Shown here piece after piece: positions 1-10,237 of a stretch of DNA of 64,000 nt. The notes beneath the pieces were generated by a model. That model was not told where the DNA came from. It did no database searches and worked only from the letters and a program-made list of their open reading frames with translations. Source of the stretch: Flavobacteriales bacterium (GTDB lineage Bacteria > Bacteroidota > Bacteroidia > Flavobacteriales > Flavobacteriaceae); assembly GCA_011525015.1 (NCBI GenBank), contig WTJC01000023.1, positions 2,062-66,061 on the forward strand, in the 5' to 3' direction. Position numbers and translations under genes: made by a program. Position 1 is the first letter of the stretch. Each line of letters opens with the position of its first letter.

Positions 1-551
1 CCGAGGTTTCCGTAAATATCCCTGAGCTTATTATTGTTTATTACGATTAGAGAATCAACACTTTTTCGAAGGGTTTCAATACCTTTTTGCGCTTGAACAG
101 TTCTCATATTACCTTCAAACTTGAAAGGTGTAGTTACGATACCTACTGTGAGAATCCCCAGTTCTCTTGCCAGATTTGCAATAATAGGTGCAGCTCCGGT
201 TCCTGTTCCCCCACCCATTCCTGCAGTGATAAAAATCATTTTAGTATTGTCCTCAAGGAAGGCTTTGATGTCAGTCAAACTCTCTAAGGCAGCTTGTTCA
301 CCAATCTCTGGATTTGCACCAGCACCCAATCCTTCTGTCAAGGATACACCGAGTTGAATTTTATAAGGCACAGGACTGTTTTCTAAGGCCTGACGATCTG
401 TATTGCACAATACAAAATCAACGCCGTTAATTCCTTCTCTAAACATGTGATTGATGGCATTACCTCCACCTCCACCTACGCCTATAACTTTAATGACGTT
501 GCTTTCGTGTTTTGGTAAATCAAAATTGAGATTGCTGAATCCTTCTTCCAT
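1..551 (-). CDS. ftsZ: Cell division GTPase FtsZ, N-terminal part; the gene runs off the left edge of the window
   Basis: Minus-strand ATG at 551..549 gives MEEGFSNLNFDLPKHESNVIKVIGVGGGGGNAINHMFREGINGV... Further on, reverse complement of 181-240 gives FITAGMGGGTGTGAAPII, the tubulin/FtsZ signature. The frame stays open to position 1. It lies directly downstream of ftsA. It is absent from the ORF track because it is truncated. Confidence 0.93.
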   Translation of the reverse strand, partial: MEEGFSNLNFDLPKHESNVIKVIGVGGGGGNAINHMFREGINGVDFVLCNTDRQALENSPVPYKIQLGVSLTEGLGAGANPEIGEQAALESLTDIKAFLEDNTKMIFITAGMGGGTGTGAAPIIANLARELGILTVGIVTTPFKFEGNMRTVQAQKGIETLRKSVDSLIVINNNKLRDIYGNL

Positions 552-581
552 AAATGATTATTCTTTGGGGTGTGGGTGTAT

Positions 582-1865
582 TTATTCTTCTACTTCGGTT
601 ATAAACTTTTCAATACCCTTGGATATACTTGTCCAGAGCTTGATTTTTTTGGTATTTGCTTTCTTCGACTCTTCCGCTTCTTCAGGCTCTTCTACATCAG
701 TCGTTTTTAACTCTATAGCTTGCATAAGCAGACCCACAGAGGTTGCGTATAACGGGCTTGCTATTTTTGGATCAGAATTACCGGCCAGGTGCTCGTTCGG
801 ATATCCGATACGCGTATCCATTCCGGTGATGAATTCAACCAATTGCTTTAAGTGCTTTAGCTGGCTTCCTCCACCAGTCAGTACAATTCCAGCGATGAGT
901 TTCTTCTTTTGATCGTCGTGACCGTAATTTTTTATTTCTCCATATACCTGGTTCATGATTTCCACCACGCGTGCATGAATGATCTTGGAGAGGTTTTTAA
1001 GTGTAATTTCTTTGGGATCTCTACCTCTTAGTCCAGGAATTGATACCACCTCGTTATCTCTGTTCTCTCCTGGCCATGCAGACCCAAATTTCACTTTTAA
1101 AAGCTCGGCTTGTCTTTCAATAATTGAACAGCCTTCTTTGATGTCTTCAGTAATCACATTACCTCCAAAAGGAATAACAGCAGTGTGACGAATGATACCG
1201 TCTTTAAAAATGGCAAGGTCTGTAGTACCACCTCCTATATCGATAAGGGCTACACCTGCTTCTTTTTCTTCAATACTCAATACAGCCTCTGAAGATGCGA
1301 TAGGCTCTAAAGAAATAGAAGCCATATTTAAATTGGCATCGCGAATACATCTACTGATGTTTTTGATGGATGCAATTTCACCTACAACCACATGGAAATT
1401 CGCCTCGAGTCTCGATCCGTACATACCTACAGGTTCAGTAATTTCAGATTGTGTATCCACTTTGTAGTCCTGAGGAATCACGTGAATGATTTCTTCACCG
1501 GGCAACATGTGTAAATTCTTTACCTGACCCTTTAGTCGCTCTATATCTTCGTCTGAGATGACTTCTTCTATGCGCTCACGTGTGATGTAATCTGAATGGT
1601 GAAGGCTCTTAATGTGCTGACCTGCTATTCCCGCAACCACATTGCTGATCTTCAGACCTGAATCAATTTCAGCTTCTTCAACTGCCCTGCGGATAGAATC
1701 GATGGTCTGTGTGATGTTGTTCACCACACCTCGTTTTACACCTAGAGACTGTGATTTACCTACACCAATGACTTGAATCTTTCCGTATTCATTTTTACAT
1801 CCAATGATGGCAACGATTTTGGTTGTTCCAATATCTAAACCTACTGCGTATTCTTTTTTTTCCAT
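582..1865 (-). CDS. ftsA: Cell division protein FtsA (actin-like ATPase)
   Basis: 427 aa starting MEKKEYAVGLDIGTTKIVAIIG, with IDIGGGTTDLAIF phosphate-binding motifs. Located between ftsQ and ftsZ. Confidence 0.95.
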   Translation of the reverse strand: MEKKEYAVGLDIGTTKIVAIIGCKNEYGKIQVIGVGKSQSLGVKRGVVNNITQTIDSIRRAVEEAEIDSGLKISNVVAGIAGQHIKSLHHSDYITRERIEEVISDEDIERLKGQVKNLHMLPGEEIIHVIPQDYKVDTQSEITEPVGMYGSRLEANFHVVVGEIASIKNISRCIRDANLNMASISLEPIASSEAVLSIEEKEAGVALIDIGGGTTDLAIFKDGIIRHTAVIPFGGNVITEDIKEGCSIIERQAELLKVKFGSAWPGENRDNEVVSIPGLRGRDPKEITLKNLSKIIHARVVEIMNQVYGEIKNYGHDDQKKKLIAGIVLTGGGSQLKHLKQLVEFITGMDTRIGYPNEHLAGNSDPKIASPLYATSVGLLMQAIELKTTDVEEPEEAEESKKANTKKIKLWTSISKGIEKFITEVEE

Positions 1866-1870
1866 ACTAC

Positions 1871-2611
1871 TTAAATTCTTTTAGTACAAACCACTTGATT
1901 GTCAAAGGCTAAATTGATGCGACTGAAATCATCTAAGATGGCATCGCGTTTGGCTTTGGCAAAAAAAGCTTTGAAATTGTTGAGTTTTTGGTTGATATTC
2001 GAATTATTACCTAGTTCTATAATTAGATTAGAATTGCGGAGCTCGAGCTCGTAAAATCCATCTTCTCGTTTTTTCAAAAGTTTGATTTTAGAAGCAAAAA
2101 ACCCATCGTCTTGAATGGACTTTAACAAATCCATCAATTCGACATAATTGTCCGCGCCGAATTTACCAACAATGACAGGTAAGTTATTCAGATCAGCTTT
2201 CACCGCTATACTTTTAAAATCATTTTTTTCAATTCTTACGCCCGATTCGTCCAAATAAAACTCTTCGTCAGATTGCACTAGAGCCACAGGGAATCTTTGC
2301 TTTACCTCCGTAACCAGCTTACCGTCAATTGTTTTATAAACTTGGGCATTTGAGATGAGTGTATGTGTTAACAACACCTCTTCTAACAATCTCAAATCTA
2401 CCTTAAGTTTATTGTCATTTTTCGAATGATCTAGTTTTTGTATTAACAATTTATCAACGATATCTTTACTTAGGGTGCTGACAGAATCGACTAAAATAAC
2501 TTCTGTTTTGTAGGAGCGCTGGTCGTGCCTGATTTGAGCAAAACCAAACACAAAAAACACCACTCCTAAAAGCAATGCTCCTTTAATTGTTACACCAATA
2601 CGGTTTGACAT
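1871..2611 (-). CDS. ftsQ: Cell division protein FtsQ (single N-terminal TM plus POTRA-like domain)
   Basis: 246 aa with an N-terminal hydrophobic anchor (GALLLGVVFFVFGFA). It occupies the conserved murC-ftsQ-ftsA slot. The sequence itself is poorly conserved, so the call rests mainly on position and architecture. Confidence 0.75.
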   Translation of the reverse strand: MSNRIGVTIKGALLLGVVFFVFGFAQIRHDQRSYKTEVILVDSVSTLSKDIVDKLLIQKLDHSKNDNKLKVDLRLLEEVLLTHTLISNAQVYKTIDGKLVTEVKQRFPVALVQSDEEFYLDESGVRIEKNDFKSIAVKADLNNLPVIVGKFGADNYVELMDLLKSIQDDGFFASKIKLLKKREDGFYELELRNSNLIIELGNNSNINQKLNNFKAFFAKAKRDAILDDFSRINLAFDNQVVCTKRI

Positions 2612-3933
2612 AATTTTTCTTTTAAGGGTTCAACTAATTCTGAAATATCTCCAGCTCCCATAGTGATCAACAATTCTAACTCTTGTGTTGGGAGCACATC
2701 CAAAACTTCTGTTTTGGAAATTACCCTGCTGGGTTTATTTAATTTTTTAACTAATAAATCTGAACTGACACCATCTAAAGGCTCTTCTCGAGCTGCGTAA
2801 ATAGGAAGTAGGTATACCGCATCAAAAAGCGATAAAGCCTGGCTGAATTCGTTTATAAAATCCGCGGTTCTCGAATACAAATGCGGCTGAAATAATAGCG
2901 TCTTTTTGCGATTGGGATAAAAGGCGCAAAGGGTCTGATGCACAGCCTCAATTGCGGTAGGATGATGACCGTAATCATCGATAAAAATCAATGGCTCAGA
3001 TTGAATAATCATATCAAACCTTCTGCGAACGCCTTGAAAAGATTTGATATGTGGTATAATTTTTTCAAAAGGTAAAACTTGATGAGCAAGGGCAATTGCC
3101 GCCACCGTATTTTCAATATTGTGACGGCCTGGTTTGCTAAATTCAACTTTTAAAGACTGGTTTTGATTTACCAGCAACTCAAATGAAAATTCTTCTGGAG
3201 TAATACTTATATCGCCAATATGAAAATCAGCATCCGCGCTCCATCCATAACGCAATGCTCCAAAAGGCACATCATCACAAACAATCTTATAGGTTTCTAC
3301 AGCCTCATAAAATTTTTTGTAATGGGCAATTAGATCTTCGTGGTCAGAATAACAATCCAAATGATCTGCGTCTACTGAGGTAATCGCTGCAGCATATGGC
3401 TTCAAATGTAAAAATGACTTGTCGTACTCATCTGCTTCTACAATGGTATAGTCATTTCCAGCCTGATAAAAATTACTTTTTAAATCATGGCTGTACCCTC
3501 CTATAAATGCCGTAAAAGAAAGATTGTTCGCAGCAAAAATATGACTGAGAAGCGCCGTAGTTGTTGTTTTTCCATGTGTTCCCGCAATGGCAAAACACTT
3601 GGTGTTATTCACGAGTTGAGCCAAAAAGACAGCTCGTTTAGCGGTATTTAACCCCTTTTCTGTTGCTTTTTTAAGCAGCGGATGTTCGTTTCCTATGGCA
3701 GCCGAGTAGACCACATAGGTGCTTACATTTAATTGCTCAATTTCTGAGACACAATTCAAATCGTAGTAAATCTTTACGCCTTGAGCTTCGAGGTCAATAC
3801 ATTCTTCATTTCTCGTTTTATCATATCCACTAATAAGCACATTGTTTTTCAGGCAATATCTAGCAAGCGAAGACATCCCACTACCCCCGATACCTATAAA
3901 GAAAACAGTCGATATGTCTAAAGAACTACTCAA
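2590..3933 (-). CDS. murC: UDP-N-acetylmuramate--L-alanine ligase
   Basis: 447 aa with an N-terminal GIGGSGMS Rossmann motif, a Mur ligase P-loop GTHGKTTTT and DDYGHHP. Confidence 0.95.
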   Translation of the reverse strand: MSSSLDISTVFFIGIGGSGMSSLARYCLKNNVLISGYDKTRNEECIDLEAQGVKIYYDLNCVSEIEQLNVSTYVVYSAAIGNEHPLLKKATEKGLNTAKRAVFLAQLVNNTKCFAIAGTHGKTTTTALLSHIFAANNLSFTAFIGGYSHDLKSNFYQAGNDYTIVEADEYDKSFLHLKPYAAAITSVDADHLDCYSDHEDLIAHYKKFYEAVETYKIVCDDVPFGALRYGWSADADFHIGDISITPEEFSFELLVNQNQSLKVEFSKPGRHNIENTVAAIALAHQVLPFEKIIPHIKSFQGVRRRFDMIIQSEPLIFIDDYGHHPTAIEAVHQTLCAFYPNRKKTLLFQPHLYSRTADFINEFSQALSLFDAVYLLPIYAAREEPLDGVSSDLLVKKLNKPSRVISKTEVLDVLPTQELELLITMGAGDISELVEPLKEKLCQTVLV

Positions 3934-5018
3934 ATCAAATCGATTATCTGATCAACAATATTTTTTGTGGCTTCTGGCTTAGCTATATTTTTGAGATTTG
4001 CGGCCATTTGACTTTTTTCATCTTTGACATGCGTAATCAGCAATTCAATTTTGGCTGAAGAATCCTTATTAAATTCGGACTCTTTCAGCATGAGCGCTGC
4101 ATTTTGTTGAACCACAGCTTCTGCGTTTTTGGTCTGGTGATCTTCAGCAACATTTGGAGACGGAATAAATAAAGTAGGTTTTCCGATAATGCTCAATTCA
4201 GATATTGCTCCTGCTCCTGCTCTACTAATGAATCCATCAGCACAGGCAAACAACAAATCCATTCTGCTTATAAAACCCAGAACTTTTACCGTAGCTGACG
4301 TTTGTGACTTATACTTCTGAATGTAACGCGATCCGCACTGCCATATCAATTGAATATTTTGAGCTTCAAATTCAGTCTTGTAGGTCTCCAGCCATTCATT
4401 CATGCGCTGAGCACCTAAAGAGCCTCCGAGCATTGCAACAATTGGATAGTTTGGGTCTAACTCAAAGAAATGACAGGCTTCAGCTTTAGAGCTCCCAGCA
4501 CTGATTAAAGTGCTCCTCACTGGATTTCCTGTCAATTGCACCGAAGTGTTTCCAAAGAATCGCTGCATATGATCGTAGGCTACAAAAATGGCTTTGGCCT
4601 TTGAAGCCAACCATTTATTGGTAATCCCCGGAAAAGCGTTTTGCTCTTGAAGCACGTAAGGGATTTGTAATTTTGAAGCGGTCAACAATAAGGGACCACT
4701 GGCAAAACCACCTGTGCCAATGGCTATAGTGGGTTTAAATTTTTTAAGAATCAAATAAGACTTCAAAACCGAAAACACAAGCTTAAATGGAAAGCTGAGA
4801 TTCTTAAAGCTCAACTTGCGTTGCAAGCCACTTATCCACAATCCTTTAATGCTATATCCAGCCTCTGGAACACGTTGCATTTCCATTCGATCTTGGGCGC
4901 CTACAAAAAGGAATTCTGCATTTGGAAAGCGATTTTTTAACTCATCAGCAATGGCTATGGCAGGATAAATATGACCTCCTGTTCCACCTCCAGATATGAT
5001 GAATCTATGCGTTTTCAC
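3930..5018 (-). CDS. murG: UDP-N-acetylglucosamine--N-acetylmuramyl-(pentapeptide) pyrophosphoryl-undecaprenol GlcNAc transferase
   Basis: 362 aa with SGGGTGGHIYPAIA at the N-terminus and GT28 architecture. There are 4-nt overlaps with both neighbours. Confidence 0.95.
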   Translation of the reverse strand: MKTHRFIISGGGTGGHIYPAIAIADELKNRFPNAEFLFVGAQDRMEMQRVPEAGYSIKGLWISGLQRKLSFKNLSFPFKLVFSVLKSYLILKKFKPTIAIGTGGFASGPLLLTASKLQIPYVLQEQNAFPGITNKWLASKAKAIFVAYDHMQRFFGNTSVQLTGNPVRSTLISAGSSKAEACHFFELDPNYPIVAMLGGSLGAQRMNEWLETYKTEFEAQNIQLIWQCGSRYIQKYKSQTSATVKVLGFISRMDLLFACADGFISRAGAGAISELSIIGKPTLFIPSPNVAEDHQTKNAEAVVQQNAALMLKESEFNKDSSAKIELLITHVKDEKSQMAANLKNIAKPEATKNIVDQIIDLI

Positions 5019-6205
5019 ACGAATTTAATTTTTGATAATTCTTGCTTGGTGATCTTTGCCTTTTTTGTTTTCATACGGTCTCGACTCATTCCGATGACCA
5101 AACCGATTGAAACGCAATTCACTAAGGTTCCTGTTCCTCCATCAGAGATAAAAGGAAGGGGCTGCCCTGTAACCGGAAGTAGACCTGTAGCCACCCCCAT
5201 ATTGAGTATGGCCTGTAATACGATAGGAATACCTAAGCCCACAATTAAGAGTTGCTTATAGATGGTTTTTGCTTGAAAACAATTCACGAAAATCAAATAA
5301 CCTAAATAGAGATAAGCGAATAGAATTAAGATTCCTCCCAACAAAATTCCAAACTCTTCTACAAGTATGGCGTAAGCAAAATCAGAAGTTCCTTGAGAAA
5401 TTTTGTTTTTCACCAAACTGTTTCCTGGACCTTTTCCAAGGATTCCACCTCGAGCTACAGCCAATTTGGAAAGACTGATTTGATGCGTGGCATCTTTTGA
5501 GGCTGATTCTGGATTTAAATAGGTTTCAATTCGATTCTTCCAAGTTACCGCTCTATCGGTAGGTAAAATATCCGGAGCGGTCATCAGTACAAACAAAAAT
5601 CCTCCCATTAAAACAGCGAAAATCGAAACAATACGCATGTAGTGCTTAAAGGGATATCCTCCAATGAACAACAGAATAAAACTCAGCATTACAAACAATA
5701 TCGCTGTGGATAAATTTTGCAATCCTATGAGAACGGTAATGATGACAATATAAGACCACAAGGCCCTTATGCTCTCGTAAAACTCCAAGGGTTTATCGTA
5801 GTATTTAGCGCAATAGGTACTGATGTAAAACATCATAATCGGTATGGCCAAAGTCGAAGGCTGAAAACTAAAACCAAATAAAACCAACCATCGTTTTGCA
5901 GCATAACCGTTGTCTTGTACCAAGACTAATCCCAGAAGGACAATCATAATCTGCAATGCAAATCGCAAAAACGATAATCGCATGAGCTTTTTAATATTGA
6001 TCAGATGAGCCGCATACATCACAAGAATTCCCCCTAAAAAAATGCGGAGGTTTTTCATGATGAGCATTTTTATTTGAATTCCGTTATCGCTAAGGGTGTG
6101 TTCTGTACCTGCGCTATAGGCTAGAAAGAAGGAATACATGAACAGCACAAAAACAACGAACCAAATTCGCTTATCTCCAGTAATCAGTTTTGACATTGTT
6201 TTCAT
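5015..6205 (-). CDS. ftsW: FtsW/RodA/SpoVE-family peptidoglycan glycosyltransferase (lipid II-associated SEDS protein)
   Basis: 396 aa polytopic membrane protein with a C-terminal LPVTGQPLPFISDGGT motif typical of SEDS proteins. Located between murD and murG. Confidence 0.9.
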   Translation of the reverse strand: MKTMSKLITGDKRIWFVVFVLFMYSFFLAYSAGTEHTLSDNGIQIKMLIMKNLRIFLGGILVMYAAHLINIKKLMRLSFLRFALQIMIVLLGLVLVQDNGYAAKRWLVLFGFSFQPSTLAIPIMMFYISTYCAKYYDKPLEFYESIRALWSYIVIITVLIGLQNLSTAILFVMLSFILLFIGGYPFKHYMRIVSIFAVLMGGFLFVLMTAPDILPTDRAVTWKNRIETYLNPESASKDATHQISLSKLAVARGGILGKGPGNSLVKNKISQGTSDFAYAILVEEFGILLGGILILFAYLYLGYLIFVNCFQAKTIYKQLLIVGLGIPIVLQAILNMGVATGLLPVTGQPLPFISDGGTGTLVNCVSIGLVIGMSRDRMKTKKAKITKQELSKIKFV

Positions 6206-7557
6206 AGGGCTAATCGGTTGACTTGGGTTTTAAATTGATCTCCTCGATCCTCGTAATTTTTAAACAAATCAAAACTTGCACATGCAGGAGAAAGCAATAC
6301 TGTATCACCTGCACTAGACAGTTCATAGGCCTTTCCAACAGCCTCAGTCATGCTCTCTGAGGCCACCATAACATCGATTACATTTGAAAAAGCGTCAAAG
6401 AGTTTTTCATTGTCCTTTCCGAGGCATATGATGGCTTTTACTTTTTCACGAATAAGTGGTAAAAGGGCTTTGTAATCATTGCCTTTATCTACACCACCTG
6501 CAATCCACACCACCGGTTTTTGTACGGTTTGAAGTGCGTAATAGGCTGAATTCACATTTGTCGCCTTTGAATCATTGATATAGGCTACACCTGCAATACG
6601 CTTAACCATTTCTAGACGGTGTTCTACCGCGGTAAATGTGGTGATACTCTGTTTTATTTTTTGGCTTTTTAAGTGGGTAGCCATACTGGCCAGACCAGCT
6701 GCCATGGTGTTTTGAATATTGTGATTTCCTTTTATAGGCAACTCTTCTTCTGAGATAAGCATTTCTTTTTCCTTGTACTTAAATTGCAACTCGGCATTGG
6801 CGTATGAGGCTCCTGATAGAGCGGGAATACTCCCCATTCCAAATGGCAGGAGTTGCGCCTTTGAAGTCTTTGAGGTAATCAAATCTTTGATGTGTTCGTC
6901 TTCTGCATTGTAGATCAAAACGTCATCTTGGTTTTGCTGTGCCGTAATTCGAAATTTTGACTGCTTGTAATTTTCAAATTTGTATTGATAGCGGTCCAAG
7001 TGATCTGGAGTGATATTGGTCAACACCGCTATTTGAGGTTTAAAGAATTTGCAATAATCCAATTGAAAACTACTGACTTCAACTACCGCATAATCAAATG
7101 CTGTCTCAGCAACAGCACGGGCATAGCTGTGACCAATATTACCGACGAGTACAGATTTGATTCCCGAGCTTTTAAGGATATGGTGAATTAGAGTGGATGT
7201 GGTTGTCTTTCCGTTGCTTCCTGTGACAGCAATCACTGGCGCCTTTGAATGTAAAAAAGCAAATTCTACCTCATCGATGATTTCAATCCCGAGGTGCTTT
7301 ATGCGCTTGATGATAAAGCTTTCATCAGGAATCCCTGGGCTCTTTATGACCAAGTCAGCATCCAAAATACGCGACTCAGAATGCGTGTTCATCTCGAATT
7401 CAATTCCTTGCTCTTCTAGAATTGTTCTGTATTTTAAAGGGATGGTTGAGTAATCAGAAACAAAGATTTCAAAATCTAATTTTTGAGCGAGCAAAGCCGC
7501 ACCTGTACCACTCTCACCTCCACCTAATACTACTATTTTCTTCTTTCCTAATTCCAT
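6202..7557 (-). CDS. murD: UDP-N-acetylmuramoylalanine--D-glutamate ligase
   Basis: 451 aa with N-terminal VLGGGESGTG and a Mur ligase P-loop GSNGKTTT. Confidence 0.95.
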   Translation of the reverse strand: MELGKKKIVVLGGGESGTGAALLAQKLDFEIFVSDYSTIPLKYRTILEEQGIEFEMNTHSESRILDADLVIKSPGIPDESFIIKRIKHLGIEIIDEVEFAFLHSKAPVIAVTGSNGKTTTSTLIHHILKSSGIKSVLVGNIGHSYARAVAETAFDYAVVEVSSFQLDYCKFFKPQIAVLTNITPDHLDRYQYKFENYKQSKFRITAQQNQDDVLIYNAEDEHIKDLITSKTSKAQLLPFGMGSIPALSGASYANAELQFKYKEKEMLISEEELPIKGNHNIQNTMAAGLASMATHLKSQKIKQSITTFTAVEHRLEMVKRIAGVAYINDSKATNVNSAYYALQTVQKPVVWIAGGVDKGNDYKALLPLIREKVKAIICLGKDNEKLFDAFSNVIDVMVASESMTEAVGKAYELSSAGDTVLLSPACASFDLFKNYEDRGDQFKTQVNRLAL

Positions 7558-7561
7558 CGAA

Positions 7562-8770
7562 TTACCTCACTTTTAATGTTACAATAGTCAAAACCGCTAG
7601 AATGACCCCAACGATTAAAAACCGATTTACAATTTTGCTTTCGTGCATTCCAATTTTTTGATAATGATGATGAAGTGGAGCCATTAAAAAGACTCTCTTA
7701 CCTTCACCGTATTTCTTTTTGGTTCTTTTGAAATAAACCACTTGAATCATCACAGATAGGGTCTCTGCGAAAAAGATTCCACACAAAAGAGGAATCAATA
7801 ATTCCTTGCGGACGATAAGGGCGATAACCGCAATCAATCCACCTATGGTCAAGCTTCCCGTATCTCCCATAAAGACCTGAGCGGGATAGGTATTATACCA
7901 CATAAAACCAATGAGTGCACCAACGAAGGCACCACAGAAAATAACAAGCTCACCTACCCTAGGGATATACATGATGTTCAGGTAATCAGAGAAAAGAATA
8001 TTTCCAGAAACCCATGCGAATATCATCAACACCAATACGATGATGGCTGAAGAACCCGCTGCTAAACCATCAATTCCATCGGTAAGATTAGCACCATTCG
8101 ATACCGCAGTGACTATAAAAATGACAATGGGAATGAAAATGAGCCAAGCGTAATCGGCCCAGTTATCATTTAATGCTGTGATGATATCCGAGTAATCGAA
8201 TTCATTGCCTTTAAAAAACGGTATGTTGGTCTGTAAACTTTTTACCTCCTCAACTTTAGAAAACTCAATATTGGTCTGTGCAGCATCTTTTTGCTTAATC
8301 GTAATTTCTGGATGCGTGTACAAGACGACACCTACGATGAGTCCTAAGGTGCTTTGACCGATAAGTTTAAATCTTGATTTTAGGCCCTCTTTATCCTTGC
8401 GAAATACCTTGATATAGTCATCAATAAATCCGATGGCGCCCATCCAAACTGTTGAAACGATGAGTAATTGGATGTATACATTACTGATATCGGCGAACAA
8501 AAGAACAGGAGTGAGTAGGGCCAAAATAATAATTAGGCCGCCCATGGTCGGCGTTCCTGCCTTCTCCGACTGACCTTCTAAACCGAGATCACGGATCTCT
8601 TCACCAATCTGTTTTTTTCGAATAAAGGCAATGATTCTTTTACCCATGACCATGGCGATAAAAAGACTCATTAGCGTGGCCAAAGATGCCCTAAACGACA
8701 AGTACTGAAAGACTGAAGCTCCGGTAAGCTGGTATTGTTTTTCTAAAAAGTCAAATAAGTAATAGAGCAT
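7562..8770 (-). CDS. mraY: Phospho-N-acetylmuramoyl-pentapeptide transferase
   Basis: 402 aa polytopic protein with [13 protein letters not shown] and HHHY(Q) motifs of MraY. Confidence 0.95.
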   Translation of the reverse strand: MLYYLFDFLEKQYQLTGASVFQYLSFRASLATLMSLFIAMVMGKRIIAFIRKKQIGEEIRDLGLEGQSEKAGTPTMGGLIIILALLTPVLLFADISNVYIQLLIVSTVWMGAIGFIDDYIKVFRKDKEGLKSRFKLIGQSTLGLIVGVVLYTHPEITIKQKDAAQTNIEFSKVEEVKSLQTNIPFFKGNEFDYSDIITALNDNWADYAWLIFIPIVIFIVTAVSNGANLTDGIDGLAAGSSAIIVLVLMIFAWVSGNILFSDYLNIMYIPRVGELVIFCGAFVGALIGFMWYNTYPAQVFMGDTGSLTIGGLIAVIALIVRKELLIPLLCGIFFAETLSVMIQVVYFKRTKKKYGEGKRVFLMAPLHHHYQKIGMHESKIVNRFLIVGVILAVLTIVTLKVR

Positions 8771-10237
8771 TTAATTCAGTTTTGCAAATTCGTTTTTGGT
8801 TATTTCTAAGTCGTCAAAATGTTGTTTCTCGCCTTTAATTTCTTGATAGGTCTCATGACCTTTTCCAGCAATTAAAATGACATCTCCTGGCTGGGCGATT
8901 TTAACTGCTTTTTGTATGGCTTCTTTACGGTCAATGACCACATCATATTTGTGTCGATCCACTGCGCGAACTCCACTGATAATTTGTGTTATTATTTGCT
9001 CTGGATCTTCATCTCTGGGATTATCCGAGGTAAAAAACACCTCGTCACTTAAAGTCGCTGCGATTTTTCCCATTAGAGGTCTTTTACTTTGATCTCTATT
9101 TCCTCCACAACCCATCAATGTTATCAGACGATTGTCTGAGGCTTTTAATGTGTTGATTGTATTTAAGACATTTTCGATAGCGTCTGGAGTATGCGCATAA
9201 TCAATTACCGCTTTGATTCCATTGCTAGAACTGATGAATTCAAATCTTCCTTTAACTGGTTCTAATAAACTGAGTTCTTTGAGCACTTCTTCTTTATCAG
9301 CACCTAAGGCTGTAGCTACACCATAGACTGCAGCAATATTGTATACGTTAAATTCTCCAACTAACTTGATCCAAATCTCTTGGGTTTCAATTCTCAATAA
9401 GGTTCCTGAAAATTGTTGTTCAAGGATATTAGCTTTTACGTCAGCGTGATTTTTTAAACCATAGGTAAGCTTATTCGCCTTGCAATTTTGCAACATAAAC
9501 AAGCCATTTTTGTCATCGAGATTCGTAAGTGCAAAAGCATTAGCACTTAATTGATCAAAGAGCATTTTTTTGGCATCTCTATATTGAGCGAATGTTTGGT
9601 GATAATCGAGGTGATCCTGAGTCAAGTTGGTAAAGACAGCGGCATCCACATCGATTCCCGATAATCGAAACTGATGAATTCCATGTGAACTCGCTTCCAT
9701 AAAACAAAAGGCAACTCCTTTCGACTTCATTTGATGAAAAACCTTGTGTAACTGCATGGCGTCTGGAGTGGTGTGACTGGTCTTTAAAACCTCGTTACCC
9801 ACTCTTATATCAATGGTTGACACCAATCCACAGCTGTAACCCAACTTTTGAAAAAGGGCAAATAGCATAGAACTGACGCTGGTTTTTCCGTTAGTTCCAG
9901 TTACAGCAATTAACTTAAAGGAGGCTGAAGGATTATCGTAATAGTTTGAAGCGATAATTCCATAGGCTTTTCTGCTATTATCTACACGAATAAAAGTGAC
10001 CTTAGACTTCTCTGCTAGGTCGCTCGGAATACGCTCGCAAACAACAGCCCTAGCTCCATTTTTTATTGCCTTTTCAATAAATTCATGACCGTCGATTGCC
10101 ACTCCACTGATGGCCACAAATAAATCTTGCTCTTCTACAATTCGTGAGTCAGCAGTAACTTGATTGATCTGGATTGCAGTGCTTCCTTGAACAGCATCGA
10201 TAGAGACCCCATAAAGCAACTCTTTTAACTCTTTCAT
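8771..10237 (-). CDS. murE: UDP-N-acetylmuramoyl-L-alanyl-D-glutamate--2,6-diaminopimelate ligase
   Basis: 488 aa with P-loop GTNGKTS. The DNPR motif (FFTSDNPRDEDP) is characteristic of meso-DAP-adding MurE. Confidence 0.93.
   Translation of the reverse strand: MKELKELLYGVSIDAVQGSTAIQINQVTADSRIVEEQDLFVAISGVAIDGHEFIEKAIKNGARAVVCERIPSDLAEKSKVTFIRVDNSRKAYGIIASNYYDNPSASFKLIAVTGTNGKTSVSSMLFALFQKLGYSCGLVSTIDIRVGNEVLKTSHTTPDAMQLHKVFHQMKSKGVAFCFMEASSHGIHQFRLSGIDVDAAVFTNLTQDHLDYHQTFAQYRDAKKMLFDQLSANAFALTNLDDKNGLFMLQNCKANKLTYGLKNHADVKANILEQQFSGTLLRIETQEIWIKLVGEFNVYNIAAVYGVATALGADKEEVLKELSLLEPVKGRFEFISSSNGIKAVIDYAHTPDAIENVLNTINTLKASDNRLITLMGCGGNRDQSKRPLMGKIAATLSDEVFFTSDNPRDEDPEQIITQIISGVRAVDRHKYDVVIDRKEAIQKAVKIAQPGDVILIAGKGHETYQEIKGEKQHFDDLEITKNEFAKLN

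Noticed and set aside
451-912. A 153-aa plus-strand ORF overlapping ftsZ/ftsA. Similar antisense ORFs lie inside dcw genes (for example 979..1188, 1192..1467, 7193..7453, 8877..9092, 11920..12174).
   Set aside because: They lie entirely antisense to strongly supported conserved genes, have low-complexity or Ser/Pro/Leu-rich composition, and show no recognisable motifs. These are typical shadow ORFs.
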